DNA of 30,702 nucleotides. Origin: Herpetosiphonaceae bacterium. GTDB taxonomy: Bacteria > Chloroflexota > Chloroflexia > Chloroflexales > Herpetosiphonaceae. Shown here one piece after another: positions 15,179-24,731 of the stretch. The notes under the pieces are model-generated. The model was given only the letters and a program-made list of their open reading frames with translations, searched no databases and was not told the origin of the DNA. Within the stretch, counting starts at the first letter, position 1; each line of letters opens with the position of its first letter. Made by a program: the position numbers and the translations under genes. The stretch lies in NCBI GenBank assembly GCA_013813565.1, contig JACCRK010000382.1, forward strand, positions 1 through 30,702, read 5' to 3'.

Positions 15179-16147
15179 GTGGCTCAATCAGATGTCTTGC
15201 TGAAGATCAAAGGCGTGAAGACGTATTTCTACACCGAAGAAGGGGTCGTTCACGCGGTTGATGGTTTGGATTTTCAGGTACGACGCGGTGAAACACTCGG
15301 CATTGTGGGCGAGTCTGGCTGTGGTAAAAGTGTTACCTCTATGTCCATTCTGCGTTTGCTGGGCAAAACAGGGAAAATTGTCGAAGGTGAAATTATCTTC
15401 GACAATGAAAATATGCTTGAGCTCAACGAAGAAGAGATGCGGAAAATTCGTGGGAACCGCATTTCAATGATTTTCCAGCAGCCAACAACATGTCTCAACC
15501 CGGTGTTCCGCATTGGTGATCAGGTCATGGAGGCGCTGGAAATCCATCAGGGGTTATCCGGTTCTGAGGCCCGTAAGCGGGCGATCGAGCTGTTTGTCCT
15601 GGTCGGTATCCCCGATCCGGCCCGCCGCATGCGCTCGTTTCCCCACGAGATCTCTGGCGGCCAGGCCCAGCGCGTGATGATCGCGATGGCGCTGGCCTGT
15701 AACCCGGAGCTGCTGATCGCTGATGAGCCAACCACCGCACTTGACGTAACTATTCAGGCGCAGATTTTGGATTTGATGCGCGAGCTACGCGAAAAAGTAA
15801 ACACTGCCATCATTCTGATCACCCACGACCTGGGGGTGATCGCCGAGATGGCCGAAAATGTGATGGTGATGTACGCTGGAAAAGCCGTTGAGTACGCTCC
15901 GGTTGAGCAGCTCTTTGCCGCACCGAAACACCCCTATACCCAGGGGCTGATCGCTTCAACTCCAATCTTAGGCGTGGTTCGCGATGAGCTGGCCACGATT
16001 CCTGGGCAGGTTCCCAGCCTGCTTAATCCACCGAAAGGCTGTCGTTTTGCGCCACGGTGTGCATATCGCATGGATCAATGTAGTGAAGAAGAGCCACCGT
16101 TGATCAAACTCGAAGGCGATCGATTGGTGCGTTGTTGGCTCTATTAG
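15179..16147 (+). CDS. ABC transporter ATP-binding protein, DppD/OppD-like
   Basis: Walker [11 protein letters not shown], signature LSGGQAQRV, Walker [13 protein letters not shown] and an oligopeptide-transporter C-terminal extension (CRFAPRC...C) are present. The start is GTG with an AGGGG Shine-Dalgarno. Confidence 0.9.
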   Translation: MAQSDVLLKIKGVKTYFYTEEGVVHAVDGLDFQVRRGETLGIVGESGCGKSVTSMSILRLLGKTGKIVEGEIIFDNENMLELNEEEMRKIRGNRISMIFQQPTTCLNPVFRIGDQVMEALEIHQGLSGSEARKRAIELFVLVGIPDPARRMRSFPHEISGGQAQRVMIAMALACNPELLIADEPTTALDVTIQAQILDLMRELREKVNTAIILITHDLGVIAEMAENVMVMYAGKAVEYAPVEQLFAAPKHPYTQGLIASTPILGVVRDELATIPGQVPSLLNPPKGCRFAPRCAYRMDQCSEEEPPLIKLEGDRLVRCWLY

Positions 16148-16163
16148 AAAAACTTGAGGATCT

Positions 16164-17183
16164 GTGATGACTGTTTCTCCGCTAAACACGACTGCACCAA
16201 CGGTGGCTGCCACTACTCAGGATACATTGTTAGAAGTTCGTGATCTTAAAAAGCATTTTCCAATCAAGGGCGGTATCCTGCGCCGGACGGTAGCCAATGT
16301 TAAGGCGCTTGATGGCGTCAGCTTTGCCATCAAGCGGGGTGAAACCCTGGGCCTGGTCGGTGAGTCGGGCTGTGGTAAAACCACCACCGGCCGCACGGTT
16401 CTCCGCCTCATCCAGGCGACCTCGGGCGAGGTCAAATTTGAAAATCAGGATGTTATGAAGGCCGGCCGCGCGGAAATGCGCAAGCTGCGCCGCGACATGC
16501 AGATTGTCTTTCAAGACCCGTATGCGTCGTTAGACCCACGGGTTCCGGTCGGGGTGAGCATTGCTGAAGGGCTGCGGATTCACGAGATTGGCAACGATAA
16601 AGAGCAGCGCGATCGGGTCAAGGTGGTGCTGGAGCGGGTCGGCATGAATGCCACCCACATGCGCCGTTTCCCCCACGAGTTCTCCGGCGGTCAGCGCCAG
16701 CGCATTGGCATTGCTCGGGCACTGGTGATGCAGCCCAAGCTGATCGTCTGCGATGAGCCAGTCTCGGCCCTCGATGTTTCCATCCAGGCCCAGGTCTTGA
16801 ACTTGCTCAAGGATTTGCAGGAAGATCTTGGCCTGACCTATCTGTTTATCGCCCATAATCTGAGCGTGGTTGAGCATATCAGCGATCGGGTTGGCGTGAT
16901 GTATCTCGGCCGCATGGTCGAGCTGGCCAGCCGCGATCAGCTCTTCAGCCACCCGATGCATCCCTATACCAAAGCCTTGATGTCGGCGATTCCGCTGCCA
17001 GACCCGACCATCAAGCGCGAGCGGATTATCTTGCAGGGCGATGTTCCCAGCCCGGTCAATCCGCCCAGTGGCTGCTACTTCCACCCACGCTGCTGGCTGG
17101 CCCAGGAAGTCTGCAAGCAAGAGGATCCGGTCTTCGAGGAGAAGGAGCCCGGCCACTGGGCGGCCTGCCACTTCGCGCAGTAG
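16164..17183 (+). CDS. ABC transporter ATP-binding protein, DppF/OppF-like
   Basis: Walker [11 protein letters not shown], signature FSGGQRQRI, Walker [13 protein letters not shown] and a C-terminal Cys/His-rich tail ([14 protein letters not shown]) are present. Confidence 0.9.
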   Translation: MMTVSPLNTTAPTVAATTQDTLLEVRDLKKHFPIKGGILRRTVANVKALDGVSFAIKRGETLGLVGESGCGKTTTGRTVLRLIQATSGEVKFENQDVMKAGRAEMRKLRRDMQIVFQDPYASLDPRVPVGVSIAEGLRIHEIGNDKEQRDRVKVVLERVGMNATHMRRFPHEFSGGQRQRIGIARALVMQPKLIVCDEPVSALDVSIQAQVLNLLKDLQEDLGLTYLFIAHNLSVVEHISDRVGVMYLGRMVELASRDQLFSHPMHPYTKALMSAIPLPDPTIKRERIILQGDVPSPVNPPSGCYFHPRCWLAQEVCKQEDPVFEEKEPGHWAACHFAQ

Positions 17184-17216
17184 CCAGCTTTTCTTCGCAC
17201 CATGCCCCATAGTCTA

Positions 17217-17246
17217 GGCGCTGATCATTCGTGATCGGCGCCTTTT
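17217..17246 (+). terminator. Intrinsic terminator after the second ATPase gene
   Basis: GGCGCTGATC (17217-17226) and GATCGGCGCC (17233-17242) form a 10-bp stem with one G.U pair. The loop is ATTCGT, and TTTTCGTT follows. Confidence 0.55.
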
Positions 17247-17347
17247 CGTTCGACAAAAAGCACTGGCTGCGGTAGACTGCCCGGTGGTCAAAAACTGCTC
17301 CAGCGGTGACTTACTGGGCCGCTGTGTTTAGAGATAAAGGTGACTCC

Positions 17348-19111
17348 ATGAAACAACGCTCTCCATCTCGTTTGCTCCTCCTGGTCCTGCTGGCGCTGTT
17401 AGGCGCATGTGGTCTCGAAGGCGGCGCTGTGCAGCCAACCCCGCCGCCAGCGGTGCCAACGCCAACCCAGGCCCCAACCGCCGATCCAAAAAATCAGGGC
17501 TGGATCGTTGGCCTGACCGAGGAGCCGCTTGATCTTTACCCCTACAGCTATGCCGCGCGCACGGCTTCAGCCTTGCTGGAGCTGCTGTATCCGGCACCAT
17601 TGCAGATTGTCAACGAAGCCTATACCACCACCGGCGTGCTAGAGCGGGTTCCGTCGTTTGAGAATGGTGATGTTGCCTATGTCAACACCAGCGCCTATCT
17701 TGACCCAACCGGCGCCATAACCCAGACCAAGACCGATGTGATCACCAGCGTCCGCCAGCTGACGGTCACCTATCGCTGGAACAAAAATTTGCGCTGGTCA
17801 GATGGTACACCCCTGACTGCCCAGGACTCGGTTTTTGCCTATAATCTGCTCAAAGGCAGCGCCTCAACCCCACAGATTGCGATTCAGAGCGACCTGACGG
17901 CCGACTATGTGACCATCGATGATCACACGACCAAGGCCTATTTGCCACCGCTCCGCGATGAGCCAAACTATCTGGAGACGGTCTGGATTCCGCTGCCCCG
18001 CCATAAATTTGCTGAAGATACTACCGCGCAGGCCGTCAATGATACGCTGGCCCGCCAGCCACTTGGCTATGGACTGTATCGGCTGGAGGCCTGGATCGAG
18101 GGGCGGGAGTTGAATTTTATCCGCTCTGACACGGCGCTCGATCCAGCTATTCCCGCGAAGCTGACCGTACGTCTCTACCCCGATCTCTCGACCTTGCGCG
18201 ATGACGTCTTAAGCAGTCGGGTTGATGTGGCCTGGACTGAACAAATGCCCGATACTATCGCCGCCAGTCTGCAGGCCGATACGCGGGCCAAAACGCTCCA
18301 GTCCTGGATGATTCCCACGCCGATCTGGGAGCATATCGATATGAATCTGGCGGTGGTTGCCCTGCAAGATATTCGGATGCGGCACGCGCTGGCCTACGGT
18401 TTTGATCGTGCCGGCCTCAGCACCAGCATCTACGGCGCCGATCAGGCCGTCTGGGATAGCTGGATCGCGCCAACGTCGTGGGCCTATGGCGGCACTGCCA
18501 TAAGCCGCTATACCTACGATCCGGATAAAGCCCGTGGATTGCTCGATGAGATGGGCTACACGGATACTGATGGTGATGGCCTGCGGGAAAATCCCGCAGG
18601 TGCCCTGTTTGCCCTCAAGCTGGTGACCAGCGAACAAACCGCGCTGCGCGAGATCATCAGCGACCGTTTTATTGCCAATATGGCCGACATTGGCCTGAGG
18701 ATTGAGCTGGAGACGGTGCCAACCCAGGATCTGTACAGCCAGCAGGGACCGCTCTTTCAGCGCCGCTTTGAGCTGGCCCTCTTCGGCTGGCTGCGGGCGC
18801 TTGACCCTGATGGCGCGGTGCTATGGAGCTGTGCCGCCATTCCTAACCAGGTCAATAACTTTACCGGCGACAACTTTACCGGCTGGTGCATCGACACCGC
18901 CGATCAGGCCATTCGAACCGCCACCGGCTCGCTGGACCAGACGGTGCGCAAGAACGCCTATATCGAGCATCAACAAATTTTCACCCGCGAGCTACCGATC
19001 TTACCGGTTATCACACGCCAGATGACCGTCCTGGCCCGGCCAAGTATTCAGGGCCTTCAGCCTGAGACCTTTGCTCCACCCACCTGGAACATCCAGCACT
19101 GGCAGCGCTAA
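17348..19111 (+). CDS. Second family-5 ABC substrate-binding lipoprotein
   Basis: Signal peptide and lipobox (MKQRSPSRLLLLVLLALLGAC|GL) followed by an SBP_bac_5-like body. An AAAGGTGA Shine-Dalgarno precedes the ATG at 17348. The ORF track's 17306 start adds 14 residues without an SD. Confidence 0.85.
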   Translation: MKQRSPSRLLLLVLLALLGACGLEGGAVQPTPPPAVPTPTQAPTADPKNQGWIVGLTEEPLDLYPYSYAARTASALLELLYPAPLQIVNEAYTTTGVLERVPSFENGDVAYVNTSAYLDPTGAITQTKTDVITSVRQLTVTYRWNKNLRWSDGTPLTAQDSVFAYNLLKGSASTPQIAIQSDLTADYVTIDDHTTKAYLPPLRDEPNYLETVWIPLPRHKFAEDTTAQAVNDTLARQPLGYGLYRLEAWIEGRELNFIRSDTALDPAIPAKLTVRLYPDLSTLRDDVLSSRVDVAWTEQMPDTIAASLQADTRAKTLQSWMIPTPIWEHIDMNLAVVALQDIRMRHALAYGFDRAGLSTSIYGADQAVWDSWIAPTSWAYGGTAISRYTYDPDKARGLLDEMGYTDTDGDGLRENPAGALFALKLVTSEQTALREIISDRFIANMADIGLRIELETVPTQDLYSQQGPLFQRRFELALFGWLRALDPDGAVLWSCAAIPNQVNNFTGDNFTGWCIDTADQAIRTATGSLDQTVRKNAYIEHQQIFTRELPILPVITRQMTVLARPSIQGLQPETFAPPTWNIQHWQR

Positions 19112-19143
19112 CGCGCCGTCTGGCCCATGCTATACTTGGCTTT

Positions 19144-20121
19144 ATGAACGTTGAGAGCTTGCCATTAGTGCTGCCAGGATTGCTCGCCCTGCCCATCATC
19201 TGGACGGTGATGCGGCCGATGGAACGCTTTATCATGATGCGCGCAATGTGGCGAATCTGGCCGGTTGTTCGCCCAATTGTTGGCTGGCTGTGTATTGTTC
19301 TGGGGATTCTCGGCATTATTCTGCCGATTTTGCAGGGGATTATCTTTTTGGTGATTGGCGCAACCCTGATCGGCCGGCACCATCCCCTGATCCGCTGGTT
19401 TCGCGTGCGCTACAAGCAGCTGCTGCGCACCTGGAGGCGCTCGCCAAATCGGCTGCTGGCCTGGATCGGCCGGCGCGGTGAGCAGGCGCTGGCGATTCTT
19501 GAGCGGCAAATGCTGCATCTGCGGCAGCATTTTCAGCTCCGGGCCAAGGCGCGGCGGCGCTTCCGGGTGGTGCTGATTGCCCCCGCTGCTGTTCGGCAGC
19601 AGCTTAATCACTGGCGCTCGCGCTATGATCCCGCCTATCGCAACGATTTACCGCCACACATTGTGCTGGTGGCAACCTCGCGCTCATCCCACCGACCGCA
19701 GTTCGAGCAGGATCTGGCGCGCCTGTGTGGGGCGCTGGAGCCTTTTCAAATTAAGCTCGACCAGGTTGTTCTGGATTCGCATGAGCACCGTATTTTCAGC
19801 ACTGTCGGCAGCGGAGCGCCCGCGATTCGGTCGCTGCGTGAACAAATCGCCAGGATTGCGCCAGCCGAGCTGCGGTTTTCACAACGGCAGCTCTGGCCCT
19901 GTCTGACGCTTGGCAAAATTCGCCATCAGTCCAGCCTCCGCAGCGCCTACGAGTCCATTCAGCGCGGGTTTGAGCCACAAACCTGGTCGGCAACCGAGGT
20001 CGTCCTGCTGGAAGAACGCATTGGATCAATCTGGCACGAGGTGCGCCTTTTTTCGTTTAACCGTCGTTTATTGGCCCGAAGCAACGACGCTTCGCCGCTC
20101 ATTGTCGAGGAGGCACTCTAG
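19144..20121 (+). CDS. Fusion protein: N-terminal DUF454/YbaN-like (PGPGW-related) membrane segment plus C-terminal 2H-phosphoesterase (LigT/2'-5' RNA ligase)-like domain with non-canonical motifs
   Basis: The N-terminus has hydrophobic helices and GWLCIVLGILGIILPILQGIIFLVIGATLIGRHHPLIRWF, which matches the YbaN/DUF454 signature (LGxxGxxLPxLP..F.L.A...R..P). The C-terminal 200 aa have LigT-like topology (FRVVLIAP...PPHIVLVATS...FQIKLDQVVL...WPCLTLGKIRH...EVVLLEERIG..WHEVRLFSF), but the two H-x-T/S-x catalytic motifs read H-I-V-L and C-L-T-L. Confidence 0.55.
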   Translation: MNVESLPLVLPGLLALPIIWTVMRPMERFIMMRAMWRIWPVVRPIVGWLCIVLGILGIILPILQGIIFLVIGATLIGRHHPLIRWFRVRYKQLLRTWRRSPNRLLAWIGRRGEQALAILERQMLHLRQHFQLRAKARRRFRVVLIAPAAVRQQLNHWRSRYDPAYRNDLPPHIVLVATSRSSHRPQFEQDLARLCGALEPFQIKLDQVVLDSHEHRIFSTVGSGAPAIRSLREQIARIAPAELRFSQRQLWPCLTLGKIRHQSSLRSAYESIQRGFEPQTWSATEVVLLEERIGSIWHEVRLFSFNRRLLARSNDASPLIVEEAL

Positions 20122-21362
20122 TGGAAACAACCATCGCAACCGCCCAGCAACAGTTCGACATCGCCGCTGAACTTCTTGGACTTAGCTCGGATACCCGTGA
20201 GGCGTTGCGCGCCCCGAAGCGTGAGCTTATCGTCAACTTTCCGGTTAAGCTGGATAATGGACGCACCCATACATTCACTGGCTATCGGATCCACCACAAT
20301 ATTTCGCGTGGCCCGGCGCTCGGCGGTCTGCGCTACAGCCCGACTGGCACGCTTGAGGAAATGCGGGCGCTGGCGATGTGGATGACCTGGAGCTGTGCGA
20401 TTGTCCAGATTCCCTATGGCGGAGCCAAGGGCGGCATCGTCTGTGACCCCAAAACCCTCTCGCTCAGTGAGCTAGAGCGGATCACCCGGCGCTATGTTAC
20501 CGAGATCACGCCCCTGATTGGCCCGGAGCGCGATGTGATGATGCCCGATCTGAATACCAACGCCCAGACGATGGCCTGGGTGATGGATACCTACTCGATG
20601 CAGCATGGGTATACGATGCCTTCGGTGGCAACCGGGAAACCGGTGCAGGTTGGTGGCACTCATGGTCATGGCCAGGCGACCGCTCGTGGGGTGGGCTACT
20701 CGATTCAGCAGGCCGCCAAGTATCGCCGCCTTGAGCTGAACGGCGCTCGGGTGGTGATGCAGGGATCGGGGGTGACTGGGCGGCTGGTGGCGCAGTACCT
20801 GGAGGAGGCTGGCGGTCGGATTATTGCCGCCAGCGATGATTTTACCGGCGTGGTGGCCGAGGATGGCTTCAGCGCCGCCGCCCTGACCGAGCACCGGGTC
20901 GCCAACGATACCGTCGCCGGACTGCCAGGCACCCGGCCCATCAGCAATGCCGAGCTGCTTGAGCTGCCCTGCGATATTCTAGTCCTGGCCGCCGGGCAAA
21001 ATGAAATTACCGGAGCCAACGCCCATCGGATCAAGGCGACGGTGGTTGCCGAGCTGGCCAACGGCCCAATCTCGCCGACCGCCGATGCAATCTTAGGCAA
21101 TAAAAATATTCTGGTCGTGCCGGATATCCTGGCCAACGCCGGCGGGATCGTGGTCTCGTACTTTGAGTGGGTCCAGGGCCTACAGGAATTTTTCTGGACT
21201 GAGCGCGAAGTCCATGGCGAGCTGGAGCAGACCATGCAGCGGGCTTTTGGTGAAGTGATGAATGTCGCCGAGACGCGCCATATCTCCCTGCGAACCGCTG
21301 CCTATCTGCTGGCCGTCGAGCGGGTTGCCAAGGCTATGGCGGTCCGAGGAATCTATCCCTAG
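20121..21362 (+). CDS. gdhA: NAD(P)-dependent glutamate dehydrogenase (Glu/Leu/Phe/Val dehydrogenase family)
   Basis: The catalytic Lys motif PYGGAKGGIVCDP and the Rossmann motif QGSGVTGRLVAQYL are present across 413 aa. The GTG start overlaps the upstream stop (TAGTG), and a GAGGAGG Shine-Dalgarno lies 7 nt upstream. Confidence 0.85.
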   Translation: METTIATAQQQFDIAAELLGLSSDTREALRAPKRELIVNFPVKLDNGRTHTFTGYRIHHNISRGPALGGLRYSPTGTLEEMRALAMWMTWSCAIVQIPYGGAKGGIVCDPKTLSLSELERITRRYVTEITPLIGPERDVMMPDLNTNAQTMAWVMDTYSMQHGYTMPSVATGKPVQVGGTHGHGQATARGVGYSIQQAAKYRRLELNGARVVMQGSGVTGRLVAQYLEEAGGRIIAASDDFTGVVAEDGFSAAALTEHRVANDTVAGLPGTRPISNAELLELPCDILVLAAGQNEITGANAHRIKATVVAELANGPISPTADAILGNKNILVVPDILANAGGIVVSYFEWVQGLQEFFWTEREVHGELEQTMQRAFGEVMNVAETRHISLRTAAYLLAVERVAKAMAVRGIYP

Positions 21363-21511
21363 GGCGCTGGTATATCGGGGACGGATTTGGCTTTCTAAGG
21401 GGCTAAAGCCGCTCTCACAGCATGCTGAAAAAGCGCCAGGTTCGGTTTTCTATGGCTGTGCAAAGGTCCGCTAAATCGGGTCTTTGCGCAGCTGTCACAA
21501 CAGGCTCATCG

Positions 21512-22270
21512 ATGTCACTTGCGACCTCCCATCCGTATACCCTGCAGCTGCCGGATTTTGCCGGCCCGCTCGATCTGCTGCTCCGCCTGATCGAGAAGGA
21601 TGAGCTGCAGATCACCACGATCTCACTTGCTGCTGTCGCCGACCAGTATCTGGCCTATGTGCGCGATCTGGCCGACCCCGACCCGCTGACGGTGGCCGAG
21701 TTTCTAGCGATTGCCGCCCAGCTTTTGCTGATCAAGTCACGGGCACTGCTGCCGCGGCCTGAGCCGCCGGTGGTTGTGGCGGATGAGGATAGCGGCGAGC
21801 AGCTGGCGCGTCAGCTGCGCGACTATCAGCGCTTCAAGCAGGCGGCCTCCCAGCTGCGGTCGTGGGAGCATGAAGGCCGGCGGACCTGGGAACGGCTGAC
21901 CCCGCCACCACAGCCGCCAGTGCCCCCGCCAGCGCTGCCGCCGCACAATGTTGCCAGCCTGGTCAGTGCGCTCAGCCGACGTCTGCAGCTGCTGACCACA
22001 GTGCCTGACCCCGTGGTCAATCTGCCCACCCCGAAAGTCATTACGATTGCCGAGGTTGCCGAGCGGCTCCACGAGCGCTTGCTCGCGCAGCCATTCATCT
22101 CGTTTGAAGATGTGCTGAATCTTGCCACTAGCCGCGCTGAAGTGATTGTTACCCTCTGGACAGTGCTGGAGTTGTTCAAGCGCCAGATTATTAGCATCGA
22201 ACAGCCGGCTTTGTTCGATTCAATTAGCATTGGACGTGGCGAACGCTTTGGTGAACCCTGGCATGAATAA
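21512..22270 (+). CDS. scpA: Segregation and condensation protein A (kleisin ScpA)
   Basis: The N-terminal ScpA signature LQLPDFAGPLDLLLRLIEKDELQITTISLAAVADQYLAYV is present. The ORF is open from 21422, but ScpA homologues begin just before this motif, and 21456-21491 forms a stable hairpin. I therefore prefer the ATG at 21512 (MSLATSHPYT...). Confidence 0.75.
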   Translation: MSLATSHPYTLQLPDFAGPLDLLLRLIEKDELQITTISLAAVADQYLAYVRDLADPDPLTVAEFLAIAAQLLLIKSRALLPRPEPPVVVADEDSGEQLARQLRDYQRFKQAASQLRSWEHEGRRTWERLTPPPQPPVPPPALPPHNVASLVSALSRRLQLLTTVPDPVVNLPTPKVITIAEVAERLHERLLAQPFISFEDVLNLATSRAEVIVTLWTVLELFKRQIISIEQPALFDSISIGRGERFGEPWHE

Positions 22271-22440
22271 GAATCACCCATGAATTATTTACACCTACTA
22301 TAGGCCTGGATCGCATCGCAATGAGCCGAAGTAGGCTATACTTGCACATTCGTGTATAATATCTTTCGACTAACACTTAAACTCTGTGATCCTGATTCCA
22401 ACCCAACGTTGCCCAGCAATGGCATGTATGGAGGCTGTCC

Positions 22441-23745
22441 ATGAGCCGTTTATCGCCCTCTGTGCTGGTTATCATTCTGCTTGTAAGCACCTTCTTTATT
22501 TATCTGGGCCCAGCGAATACCGACTGGGTCATGGGTATGGTTCTGCTGGCCATTTTTTTGTTTGGCTGTTTTCTGGCCATCAGCGGCAGCACCCCACAGC
22601 AGAAGGAATCCTCGCGCAAAATGTTGGGGTCGATGACTGGGATTGTTGCGGTTTCCTCAGCGGCATTGCTCGGCCAGTACGCGCTTAATAACCCGATTGG
22701 CCTGGCCTGTGCGCCGGTGTTGCTGGTGGCTGGCTATATGGCGTTTCTGGCCATTCTATCGCGCAGCGGACTCAACGTTGAAGAGGGCGAAGTCCTGCTC
22801 ATCCAGCGGCGCATGGATCATCAGCATGTCCTGCGGCCACCAGGTTTGCACTCACCAATGGTGCCAGCCCTCGAGGCCGGGGTGGCGGTGATGCCGACCT
22901 ACAATATTCAAACCGATATTGAAGTCGAGACGGTGGATACCTCCTACTTGCATAAAGTCGATAAAATTATCGTTGATACTACCTGCCGGATTATTCAACA
23001 CTTCCCCCAGGACGGCGAAATTCTCTCGGTTGAAATGCGCTATGAGGGCTTTTTGAAACTGCCCTACAACTACCCCAACCGCGATCATACCTTCAAGGAT
23101 CTGGCCGACAAGCGCAACGCACCTATCTCTGAGGCCCGCATGTCGGCTGATTTTTGGATCGAGGCCATTCAGCGCCAGGTTGGCCGCGATGTTGATGAGG
23201 AGCTGCGGGCGATTATTCACGATGCGACCTTCTATAATTCCGAAAAGCGCACCTATGGCAAGCTTGGACCGGCGGATATCTCGGCCCGGCGCTCCGAGAT
23301 TGCGGCGCTGCTGCGGCAGCGTTTGCAGGAGAAGGTGCAGCACTGGGGCATTGAGATGCTGGAGGTGGGGATTAGCCAGGTGATCTTGAGCCCCGACCGG
23401 ATCAGATCGTTCTACTACGAAAATTCTTCCAAACGCGATATGCAGGAGGCCGAGCGCAGCGCCAAGAAGGAGGCCATGCGCACCCGTGAGCTAGCCGACG
23501 CGCTGGCCTACGAGCGCCAGAAGCTGGCCGAAACCGAGCTACAGATCCAGCGCCAGCGCAATGCGATCGAGAATGAAAGCACCCTGGCGATGATCCAGAA
23601 CTGGCTTGATGCGATGATCTCGGATAATCCTGAGATGAGAGAGGAAGATCTTAAACACCTGCTCATGATCGCCCTCGACGAACACGAAAAGCGCAAAAGC
23701 TACCGTGATCGACCAAACTTAATGCATTCTTCTGATCAGGATTAG
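22441..23745 (+). CDS. SPFH/band-7 (stomatin/prohibitin/HflK-like) membrane protein with four N-terminal TM helices and a C-terminal coiled coil
   Basis: Four hydrophobic helices are followed by an SPFH-like core (GEVLLIQRR...LRPPGLH, TDIEVETVDTSY..VDKIIVDTTCRI, HWGIEMLEVGISQVIL) and an E/R/K/A-rich coiled coil. A TGGAGG Shine-Dalgarno precedes the ATG. Confidence 0.6.
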   Translation: MSRLSPSVLVIILLVSTFFIYLGPANTDWVMGMVLLAIFLFGCFLAISGSTPQQKESSRKMLGSMTGIVAVSSAALLGQYALNNPIGLACAPVLLVAGYMAFLAILSRSGLNVEEGEVLLIQRRMDHQHVLRPPGLHSPMVPALEAGVAVMPTYNIQTDIEVETVDTSYLHKVDKIIVDTTCRIIQHFPQDGEILSVEMRYEGFLKLPYNYPNRDHTFKDLADKRNAPISEARMSADFWIEAIQRQVGRDVDEELRAIIHDATFYNSEKRTYGKLGPADISARRSEIAALLRQRLQEKVQHWGIEMLEVGISQVILSPDRIRSFYYENSSKRDMQEAERSAKKEAMRTRELADALAYERQKLAETELQIQRQRNAIENESTLAMIQNWLDAMISDNPEMREEDLKHLLMIALDEHEKRKSYRDRPNLMHSSDQD

Positions 23746-23770
23746 CGCTTGGGCTGCGCAAGGGGGAAAC

Positions 23771-24709
23771 ATGCACTCGCCAGAAACTGATTGGCGCGTC
23801 GTGGTGATTGGCGGAGCCTGCCTTGATATTAAGGGCCGCTTGCATGAACCAATGATTGAAGGCACGTCGAACGCTGGTCACTTATCGATCAGTGTTGGTG
23901 GGGTGGCGCGGAATATTGCCGAGAATCTGGCCCGTCTGGGTGCCGATACAACGCTGATCGCGGCGGTTGGCACCGATGAGTTTGGCCAGCTGATCATCAC
24001 CCAGACCGAGGAGGCCGGGGTGCATACCGATGCCATGCTGATCGTCGACGATCAGCATACCGCAGCCTATCTGGCGCTGCTGGACCACCAGGGTCTGCTC
24101 TATACCGCCCTGGATGATAGCCACTGCGCGCGTGCCCTGACCCCTGAGTACATTCAGGAAAACCTTGAGCTGATCACCTCCGCCGATGTCGTGTTTATCG
24201 ATGCCAATCTCTCGCGCGTCACGGCAGACCTGATTCTGGCAACCTGCCATGCCGAAGATATTCCGGTCTGTCTGGAGCCGGTCGCCTTTGGCCTGGCCAG
24301 CCGCTTCCGCGAACGCCTGCGCGGCTTGTATCTGGTCACACCCAACGAGCGCGAGGCCCAGGCGCTGACTGGGATCACGATCAGCTCGCCTGCCGATGCG
24401 ACGGTGGCGGCCAAAGAGTTAGTCCGCCTGGGCATTGAGATCGTCATTATCACGCTGGCCCGTGATGGATTAGTCTATGCAACTGCTGATGAGCACGGTC
24501 ATATACCTGCTTTAGCAAATGATATTGTCGATGCAACCGGAGCAGGTGATGCCCTGGCAGCAGCAGTGTTGTTTGGTCTCATGAATCATCTCCCACTGGA
24601 TGAGGCGGTGCGGCTGGGGGCGAGCGCCGCCGCCCTCACCGTGGCCTCACCGGATACGGTGCGACGTGACCTGAGCCTCGAAAGCTTGTATGCCCAGCTG
24701 TTAATCTGA
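23771..24709 (+). CDS. PfkB-family carbohydrate/nucleoside kinase (ribokinase-like fold)
   Basis: The N-terminal GG motif (VIGGACLDIKG) and the C-terminal anion-hole/ATP motif (DATGAGDALAAAVLFGL) are present. Confidence 0.85.
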   Translation: MHSPETDWRVVVIGGACLDIKGRLHEPMIEGTSNAGHLSISVGGVARNIAENLARLGADTTLIAAVGTDEFGQLIITQTEEAGVHTDAMLIVDDQHTAAYLALLDHQGLLYTALDDSHCARALTPEYIQENLELITSADVVFIDANLSRVTADLILATCHAEDIPVCLEPVAFGLASRFRERLRGLYLVTPNEREAQALTGITISSPADATVAAKELVRLGIEIVIITLARDGLVYATADEHGHIPALANDIVDATGAGDALAAAVLFGLMNHLPLDEAVRLGASAAALTVASPDTVRRDLSLESLYAQLLI

Positions 24710-24731
24710 GGATGACAAGATCAAGAGGGGG

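Noticed and set aside
16530-17210. 226-aa minus-strand ORF
   Set aside because: It is antisense to the DppF-like ATPase, which has unambiguous Walker A, Walker B and signature motifs.
21422-21511. Longer ScpA start at 21422
   Set aside because: ScpA homologues start immediately before the Y.V.L..F.GPLDLLL motif, and the extension contains a stable RNA hairpin and no Shine-Dalgarno. The 21422 start is retained only as an alternative.
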